Assembly: GCA_009602735.1 (NCBI GenBank) | Contig: WELA01003469.1 | Location: forward strand, 280,707 to 300,706 | Direction: 5' to 3' | From: Mesotaenium endlicherianum | Taxonomy: Eukaryota | DNA: 20,000 nucleotides | Part shown: piece after piece, positions 9,859 through 20,000 of the stretch | Position numbering within the stretch: the first letter of the stretch is position 1 | Layout: each line of letters begins with the position of its first letter | Translations under genes and position numbers: made by a program | Notes under the pieces: model-generated | What the model saw: the letters and a program-made list of their open reading frames with translations, nothing else | Database searches by the model: none | What the model was told of the DNA's origin: nothing

Positions 9859-11921
9859 CTACATAACGCCAGGAATGCGCAGAGGCACCCCACGAGCAGG
9901 CCACACAACTTCCTGGGGGCTCACTATGACCACGTGCAAGCCACAATGCATGCATTGCAACTCGTGAGAAATGAAGGAGCAGCTTACCACATGCGGGTCA
10001 ACCAGAAGCTCAGGAGTGCTGCTGCCGGCCCTCCTGCACCAGACCAGCACCGGGGCAGAAGAAATTGAAGCAGAGAGCTGAGGTGTTCGCCGCTTGTGGC
10101 CTGCCCTGGAGGTGTGATGCAGGCATGGGGACAAGAGGAGTGCACCAACAACACGAAGTGATCCACTGAAGGTAAAAGCGTACTCATCCAAGACTGTGTG
10201 ATTAGTGCTCACCTGCTCCTGGGTCTCTCGGGAATGAGGCAGGGCGATGCTGGGGCAAGACTGTGCGTGCTGTCTGTCGCGACCGCCAGCTGGGCCCTGC
10301 TGTCCAAGAACCACTGCCTGGCCATGGCAAGTGGCAGGAACCGGCACAACTGCCCTGCCCCGGCATACTGGGCAAAGCTCCCAAACTTCCGACACTCAGC
10401 CTTATACTCCAACTCCCTGACATCTGTCATGGTGACAAGGCACCCGCAGTGCACGGTGACAGCGGTGCTGCTGGGCAGCCTGGCCGCGCCCGCCATGCCC
10501 CTCAGCAGCCCGCAGGACACGTGGAAGGTCTCCAGGACCTGCAGGCGGCCCACGTCGGCAAGCACTCTGTCGCCGGTCACCACCGTGCCGGTGAGCACAG
10601 TCAGGGCCCTCAGCTGCCGGGGCAGGCGCCCGAAGTCCGGCCACTCCTCTGCCACAGGCAGATGAAGCCTTAAGGACCGCAGCTTCGGTGTGAAGGCAAA
10701 CATATTCCGCTGAAAGCTCGTCTGCTCCGTCATGAGCAGAACAAGGTCTTCTAACAAAGGCATTGGCCTCCTCACAACTGGCAGATGCCCAACTTCACCG
10801 CTCAGAAGCAAGCGCTTCAAGCTGGGGCTATAGAGCCCATGCTCCGAAGAGCCCTCACAGCTACTCAGGCTCAAAGCTATGATTTCCAATGCCGTGAGAG
10901 ACTGCAGCCTGGCTATGGTGTCAGGGAATGTCGCGTCTAAGCTCTTACAGAATACCCCGATCCGTAGCCGTTGGAGAGAGCTCATAACCTCCGAGTACTC
11001 AAGTGGATAGGGGACTCCGTCATCTTCCTCGTCCTTCAGTATCAGGGTAGCATGAGGACAGGACCACAGCTCTCCCAGCCAGAAGGGCAGCTGATGTACC
11101 TGGGACGTGCCTGGGAGCATGATGTATAGCTCCTGTAAGTGCTGCAGCCTCAAGATCGACTTGCTCAGCAGCAAAGCTGTCTGACCCTCGGGGAACATTG
11201 AACGACCAAAGCTCAAGGTTAAAATATTTAGGTGGGCCAGGTTGCTGAAGTCTACGTCCTCCAGCAGGGCACGAGCACGCTCCTCAGAAAGCTGCCCCGC
11301 GACTGGTTGTTCCTTGCTGTCAAGGTTAGAGAACCCCAGAGAAAGCTCATGAAGGCTTGTCCTCTGAGAAAGAAAGTACTTAAGGCCTGATAGAGCCTCC
11401 CACCCATAGAAGTCAATATCCAAGACGAAGGAGCTTAGCGAAGGAAATCCTGTGGCCAGTCCCCGTATGAGCTCTCCTACTTTCAGGCAACTCCACGTAG
11501 AATTCTCATCTAAGGTAATTTTATTAATGTGAGTGAATGACTGCAGGCCACCGAGTGCCCCATCTACATCACCGTCAAATGACCTGAGACGAACGGCTTT
11601 TGCGCTGTCGTTGACAGCCTTCCTCCATCTGTTGCTAACTTCCCTGTATAAACTCTCACGCTCATCCTCACCATCCTCCTTCTTTTCGCCAGACAAGGCT
11701 TTGTGCAATATGAGTTGCAGAAGGTCATCTGGCAGATCATGGATGCTAGTGGTCCCTCTGATACTTCTATCCTCGACAATGCTGTGAGAGGATTCGGCTG
11801 CACGCACAGGTTCCTCCCTCCGTGGCTTCTTCCGAGGACCCTCATGCTCAGTGCTCCTGTCAGCGTTCCCCCAAGACATCATTGACTGAGGAGCCCTTGC
11901 AAGACTTTCAAACTGTTGCAT
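9859..11921 (-). CDS. F-box / leucine-rich-repeat protein (putative SCF substrate receptor)
   Basis: The long ORF 10209-12011 starts at a GTG; the first in-frame ATGs are at 11921 and 11882. An F-box motif (TSIHDLPDDLLQLILHK...REVSNRWRKAV, about 11615-11750) is followed by LxxLxxLxL repeats (FPSLSSFVL, LHELSL, LAHLNILTL, LQHLQELYI, LQSLTALEI, TPKLRSLRL). The ORF stop overlaps a strong donor AG|GTGAGC at 10212. Two further phase-compatible exons, 10105-9988 and 9912-9859 (EVVWPARGVPLRIPGVM*), are predicted with lower certainty. Confidence 0.8.
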
Positions 11922-12384
11922 TTCAATGGAGTATAGCGTCTCTTGGATTGAAAAAGGATGTACAGTGAGACAAAAGATTGTAGCCGTCACCACCTTAGAG
12001 GCATCCTTCACCTGGTCCTAGAAGGGGAAAATGCAGTCGCTCTTGTGCCTCAAGCTCCTATGCCTCCTGAGGTAGGATGGATTCTTTTGCTAGCGGAGAG
12101 GGTTGGTCCAGTCTTGTCCATGTTGACCGACCTGAGAGCAATCGCGTGCACAAAACCGCACGGTTTGCTCGCGATGATACCAGGCGCTCGCAGCACGATG
12201 ACTTTGAATATGTCCATGTTTATGCCCTGCCATCATCAGTGTGGGGAGCTGTGTGGAACATGCGAGACCTCACGGACAGCTTCAATAACACGTTCATGCC
12301 TTACCACGAGGTCACTGTTACTACGTGCAAAATTATCACACCTTCACGTAAGAAGGTGCGCTTCTTGTTTAGCGTTTTCTTACG

Positions 12385-14363
<1,979 letters not shown>

Positions 14364-14937
14364 TGAGAGAGTTTGTCATTTTGTTGTAGTCGGGGTGCAA
14401 TAGCTGCAGATGGCAGTAGGCTCAGGAATGTGCGCTGGATGTACGAAGCGGATGTCAATGTACATTTGGTACTGTCACCCCTTCGTAAATTTATTCAGCA
14501 TGTTATGCTGCTTGGGCACAATATTCCAGCACTGTCTTGGTCTCATCGCCCTGACTATTAATAAAGAGTACTGCTGGGAGTTCAATTTATGAGAACATTG
14601 TAGACCGAAGCTTTACTCACGACATCCACAATCTGCAAGATTGTACACACAGGGTTTGCTCTTGATTTTTGAAAGATGCAAGTTCTTCCCATACCCATGG
14701 AAAAGATACAAAGATTACTCTTGAGACAGATGCATAGAATGCTACCCTAGAGTCATGTTTCTACTCTCAAAATGAATCCTTCATAATTGCTAAACCTTTC
14801 GCCTTGCATGCACAACTGGGTCGACAATATACAATGCCATGATCAAACCTGTACACAAAGAGGCCACCTTTCTACGTGATTAATGACCTTCCCCCCCCCT
14901 CTCCTACCCCCCATGCTCTGGAAGCCAGAGCTCAAGC

Positions 14938-17900
14938 TCAAGCAGCCCTGCCCGCAAGCTCTTGTTGCCTCAAGGCAGCTTGTCTGAATACTCTGGGTGG
15001 CCTGATGCTGCGAGCTATTGCAGCAGGATCCCTCTCCCACTCTGCCACCGAATTGCTACCATCCAAGTCGTCTGCCAAACGGAGCGCCTGGCGCTGCGCC
15101 AGCATAACCACAAACCGCTGAGCGGCAGTCGTTATGCCGGGAAGCATGTCCCGCACCACCGGACCCACCTCACGAGCCAGCTCAGCAAAATCTGCAAATT
15201 AGTCAGGGCACCAGTAAGGAGAACATCAGATAAGAACCACTCTTCAGATAACAGCTGCCGAAATTGGTATCGTGTCGAGACCATGACAGGCGGCAGGTGC
15301 CAATTGCTCCTGAGAAACAAAGGGCTTCGCAAACTAGGGTCCTGCTCGCATGCAGTATGCAGTATAGCATCAAGTTTTTGGTCTACGTTGAAGTGTGACT
15401 GCCAGTAATAAGTAAAGACCACCCCGCTCCAGGAACAGCATGCAGACAGCTGCCCCCGGCGGTGAGTTGGGGGGGGGNNNNNNNNNNNNNNNNNNNNNNN
15501 NNNNNNNNNNNNNNNNNNNNNNNNNNNNNNNNNNNNNNNNNNNNNNNNNNNNNNNNNNNNNNNNNNNNNNNNNNNNNNNNNNNNNNNNNNNNNNNNNNNN
15601 NNNNNNNNNNNNNNNNNNNNNNNNNNNNNNNNNNNNNNNNNNNNNNNNNNNNNNNNNNNNNNNNNNNNNNNNNNNNNNNNNNNNNNNNNNNNNNNNNNNN
15701 NNNNNNNNNNNNNNNNNNNNNNNNNNNNNNNNNNNNNNNNNNNNNNNNNNNNNNNNNNNNNNNNNNNNNNNNNNNNNNNNNNNNNNNNNNNNNNNNNNNN
15801 NNNNNNNNNNNNNNNNNNNNNNNNNNNNNNNNNNNNNNNNNNNNNNNNNNNNNNNNNNNNNNNNNNNNNNNNNNNNNNNNNNNNNNNNNNNNNNNNNNNN
15901 NNNNNNNNNNNNNNNNNNNNNNNNNNNNNNNNNNNNNGGGGGGGAGAAACAGGCCACACGCTCTCCGCGATACCCTGATTGATTTTCCACTGCACTCACC
16001 AGCAGGCGAGTCGGGCCGCTCCAGTTGCGGCTCCAATAGGGCCCAGATGCGGCGGACGGTGCTCAGCGCCTGCTGGTCGCCGACGGAGAGGCGTGCCGTG
16101 CGCCACTCGCCCCTCACCAAGCCCCAGAAGAGGCCTGGCAGCAGCGGGTATGTGCCCGGGGCTAGGAGGGGCGCCGGGATGGGCAGCAGCGAGCGCGACG
16201 CGAAGAAGTCCCACAGCTCCACCTGTGCCTCTCGTGAGAGCGCATCCACGGTTCGCACCAACTGCAGCAGCGCAAGGGAAGGCGCAAGGGGAGTGTCAGG
16301 GGCACAAGAAGCAGAGAAGAAGCAGGAGGGCAGTAGTAGACATTGCGACCGCTAGTGGGTTGCTGATAGGGCAAAGACGCCCCACACGTGGAGCTTGTGG
16401 GGCTGTCAGTGCCCACTCACGTGCCTCCCATCCCACCCCTACCAGCAGACCCGGCATAGAGACGTCACTCTGCACTAATTCGGCAGGAGAGGCATCTCAG
16501 CCAACATGTTGAATCTGAAGCCAATTCAACACCCCTCCGAGACAGCGCAGACAGCAGAAAATTTGTGACATCCACTCACTGCGTTCAAACACGATGCGCA
16601 TATGCACGCAAACATGGCCACAATGACTTGACACCACACACATGAGAAGACAGGCAAAGCAGGGGGCAGGAAGAAGAGCCTTGGCTGATGAGCCGCGAAG
16701 AGAACACCCACCTCTGTGAGGAGCAGCTCTTGCACATAGCTGCCACCTGGCGAAAACACGAGCATGAGCGCCTGCCTGGCAGCAGGGTCCACCACAACGG
16801 GCTTCACAGGCGCCCCTCCTCCTGGCCCCCGTCTTCTGCTGCTGCTAGGGGGGGCCAGTGCTAGCCTCCCCCCCGGCCCCGTAGCGGTGGTTGCGTGCAC
16901 TTGCGGGCGGCTGCTGAGCACGAGCTTATCAGAAGATGCTGCACCTGCTGCTGGGGCAGGAGGAGGCAGCATCAGCATGCCAGCTGCAGCCGCATCTGCA
17001 GGAGGCACTGGGGCAGCGGCAGCAGCAGCAGCGGCTGCGGGAGCAGGAGTAGGAGCAGCAGTAGCAGGAACAGGAACAGAGGCAGCGGCAACAGCAGCAG
17101 CAGCTGCACGAGGAGGAATAGCAGGAGAAGAAGATGGTGGAGGCGTGACGGGGGCCATGAGTTCGCGAAACGTCTGGAAGCCGGCAGCCACGCTCTCGAT
17201 GCGTGCCACGTCCAGCCTGTCCTCTTTGCCGTACAAAAAGTAGCGCAGAGCAGCGCGCGCCCTCGGGCTGTCACCACACACACACACACACACAGTCAAT
17301 GAGTGCATTGGGATGAGGATGCCACAGAGACACCATCGACGAATATCCGCAGAGACGTAATCAGTAGCAAGCAGTGAAGGCGACTGGCAAGGACAAGGAC
17401 CAGGTGCACATACGAAGGCAGCGTTTTGCCTCCGCACGTACGGTACTACACAAGGGAGTGCGAGGCCGACAGCCAGCTCCTGCTGGAGAAAACCATCCCG
17501 ATACCTCACGACTTCAACCTTCGTTCCCCAGGCACCTCCATCAAGAGTGGCAGGGCAGCCTTGTGGTAGAGGGAGGGATGGAGGGAGGATGGGGGGAGGG
17601 TGGGGGCGTACTTGTCGTCGGTGAGGAGGCGCTTGGAGATGTAGGGGTAGCACTGCTCCACGATGGCGTAGTCAGGGTCGTTGTCCAGCCCAATGCCCTC
17701 CAGCACGCCAAAGGCGCGCAGGATGAGCGCAAAGTAGGGCGGGATCACAAACACGTAGTCCTCCGCCATCTTGGCCAGGTCGTCCGTCACCTGCCCCCCC
17801 TCCCCCCCATTCATCGCCTCCCTCAGTAAACGCATCCTGCACACTGCGCACAATGCGTGCAACCACACGAGCGCGCGTGCATGCAGACAGACAGGCGGCG

Positions 17901-19891
17901 GGACCCAAGTGCTTGATATGACTCACCAACGGGTGAGAAGGGGATATATGAACATGTGCAGCTCTCAGTGTCTGGACTGGACTGGACTGGGGGGCCACAG
18001 GGGGCAGCCGAGTGAAGCAGAGCGGAGCAGGGCAGGGCAGGGTGAGGTGGGCACCTGGGCGACGTTGATGTTCTTGGCGCCGCCGCCCTGCACCAGCTGG
18101 CCGAGCACCTTGGTGAGCTGCGGCACCACGGCCGCCGTCTTCTCAGGGTCCACCAGCTCCGGCGGCACAAAGCCCAGCACCACCAGGTCCTCCGCCACGC
18201 GCTCGAAGTCCGAGTTGACGAGGTGCGAGATGTAGTCTATCAGCGCGTACCGCTGGTCCACCGTCACCTGCAACCGTCGCCGCCACAGCATCAGAGCCGA
18301 TAAAGCGTTGTTAGATGTGCTGGGAGGAGGCAGGACGGAATAAGAGGCAGAGAGAGGCAGAGAGGCGCAGAGAGGCAAGGCAAGGAGACAGGGAAGAGGT
18401 AGGGGAGGAGGGTACCTCGGTCATGAGGCCGAAGTCGAGGATGCAGAGCTTGCCGTCGGGCGTGCGCAGCAGGTTGCCAGGGTGCGGGTCGGCGTGCAGG
18501 AAGCCCGACTCCAGCAGCTGGATGAGGTAGCAGTTGAGCGCCGTGGTGACGAGCAGCGAGAGGTCGGGCGCGCGGCTCTCCGACAGCTTCTCCCCCTCCA
18601 CCCAGCTGGTCGTCAGCACCTGCGTGTCCCCCCCCCCCCCAGACCAGGAAGTGTCAGCCTCTCTCTGCCGCTCTGCATCTCCCTCCCTCCCTCCCTTCCT
18701 CCCTCCCTCTTGCAGTCAGTTGGTTGAGGAATCGAGCCGAGAGTAATGGAGGAAGCGGCGAGCGACACAACCACACGTCCTTATGCACAGCTGCTCTGCT
18801 GCCGAGTGGGGAGGGGGGGAGGACACTAACACAGGGGCCTGCTACAAGGGGCAGCAGGCACACCTGGCAGCTCCGTGCTTCTTCACTTCACTGCAGCTAG
18901 CCAGCCAGCCAGGCTGAGAAGGAGGGAGTCAATCCTCCCACATGCCTATGTCTATGTCTACTTTCTGCATTTGCCTGGAGACCCAAGGTAGCTGTCAGCG
19001 GAGCCACGCCCCCAGGTTCTCTCTTCCCCTGGATGTGCGTATGCACACGGAGAGGTGAGGTGTGAGGCTGGAGACACGCAGCAGGGAGAAAGGGCAGGGG
19101 CAGGGGCAGGGGCAGGGGCGGGGGCAAGAAAGGGGTTACCTTCTGGGACGTGAGCTCGGTGTACACGCGCGGCACCGTCACGTTCTTCAGAGCCTTCATG
19201 TCATTCGCAAACCGCACCTGATTCTTCCCCTGTTCTCGCAGCAACAGCCCCCCCCCCACCACAACCACCAAAGAAACGCTCAGTCACACGTATAATGCAG
19301 CGCGACCATTCCTTGGGCCCACTCCTAATACCAGCCCAGCTGACTGCATGCAACATAACTCACTCTTACGCATTCACGTACACTTACACAATGCCAAGCA
19401 AAGATGTATAGCAAGCCAGTGCAACTCCCATCCAACACGCACACACACGGAATTGCATGCGCGTGCGCGCGTCCTGAGGACGCATGCGCATGTCAGCCTT
19501 GTGAAATACAACCAAAATGTGGACACTTGACCACTATCAAGCACACACACGCAAAAAAGTGTCCCCAAAGTCAACCCTTCCCCCCCCCCCTCTGACCTCT
19601 CCTGCCCCCTGTGCCCAAGAATGCAGCAGTCCCTGCGCCTTTGCCAACTCCCTCGCCTTCTCGCTCCCTCAAGTCCCTCACCTCCTGCACGTAGTCGAGC
19701 TCGTCGAAGAAGCGGGTGGCCCACGTGTCAAGCAGCTCCACCAGGTCCGAGTGCACGGCGGGCAGGCGCTGCGCCAGGCCCGCCAGCGAGCGCAGCACAA
19801 AGAGGTCGCGCGAGATGGCCTCCAGCACGCGCGGCCGCTGCACCTTCACCGCCACCTGCTCGCCGCTCGCCCTCAGCCTCGCCTTGTACAC
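14938..19891 (-). CDS. ABC1/UbiB atypical protein kinase, plastid ABC1K6-like (last 8 exons; 5' part lies beyond the window)
   Basis: Exons 19891-19682, 19229-19140, 18619-18416, 18267-18055, 17790-17612, 17267-16712, 16261-16000 and 15191-14938 are all GT-AG and phase-consistent. They contain the ABC1 motifs VAVKVQRP, FFDELDYVQEG, HADPHPGN, ILDFGL, GGGAKNIN, IPPYFALILRA..VLEGI and YPYISKRLLTD. GGGAKNIN and PRxRxALRY recall the ABC1K6 subfamily. Confidence 0.93.
15478..15937. other. Assembly gap (460 N) inside the last ABC1K intron
   Basis: Run of N flanked on both sides by poly-G. The flanking exons join in phase 1 (G+AT = Asp), so no exon needs to be missing. Confidence 0.98.
19091..19126 (-). 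repeat. (CCCCTG)n hexamer tract at an intron 5' end of the ABC1K gene
   Basis: The plus strand reads gggcaggggcaggggcaggggcaggggcgggggc, just inside the donor at 19139. Confidence 0.88.
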
Positions 19892-20000
19892 CTGCGCGCC
19901 CCTCCCTTCTGCCTCAGTATCCCGTGTGGCAAGAGGGTCAACCTGGAAGAGCAGTGCATGCCTGCGGGATAACATTTGAACCTGCAGGAGGAGGAAAGGG

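Noticed and set aside
15132..16355. Long ORFs spanning poly-X
   Set aside because: Artefacts of the N gap. Only 16000-16261 and 14938-15191 are coding.
16764..19979. Plus-strand ORFs overlapping ABC1K exons
   Set aside because: Antisense shadows of high-GC3 coding exons.

Overview
Eukaryotic nuclear DNA with GT-AG spliced genes. The gene content and intron style suggest a green plant lineage, probably a streptophyte alga (inference only). Four protein genes can be assembled with consistent splice phases: (1) the last four exons of an At5g03900-like plastid membrane protein gene (+, 798-3102); (2) an F-box/LRR gene (-, about 9859-11921); (3) a complete 4-exon NATA1/SSAT-type GNAT acetyltransferase gene (+, 12385-14363); (4) the last eight exons of an ABC1K6-like atypical kinase gene (-, 14938-19891), with a 460-N gap in its last intron. 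The interval 3.1-9.8 kb has no recognisable gene. It holds a palindrome-rich, CpG-rich segment, a G-rich tract, a possibly decayed ORF, a hexamer minisatellite and a (GT)n microsatellite. The most notable observations are a densely base-paired ~250-nt intronic segment (370-613) of unknown class, and a recurring intron architecture with C-rich 5' ends and G-rich 3' ends in place of a polypyrimidine tract. Family assignments come from recalled motifs, not from database searches.
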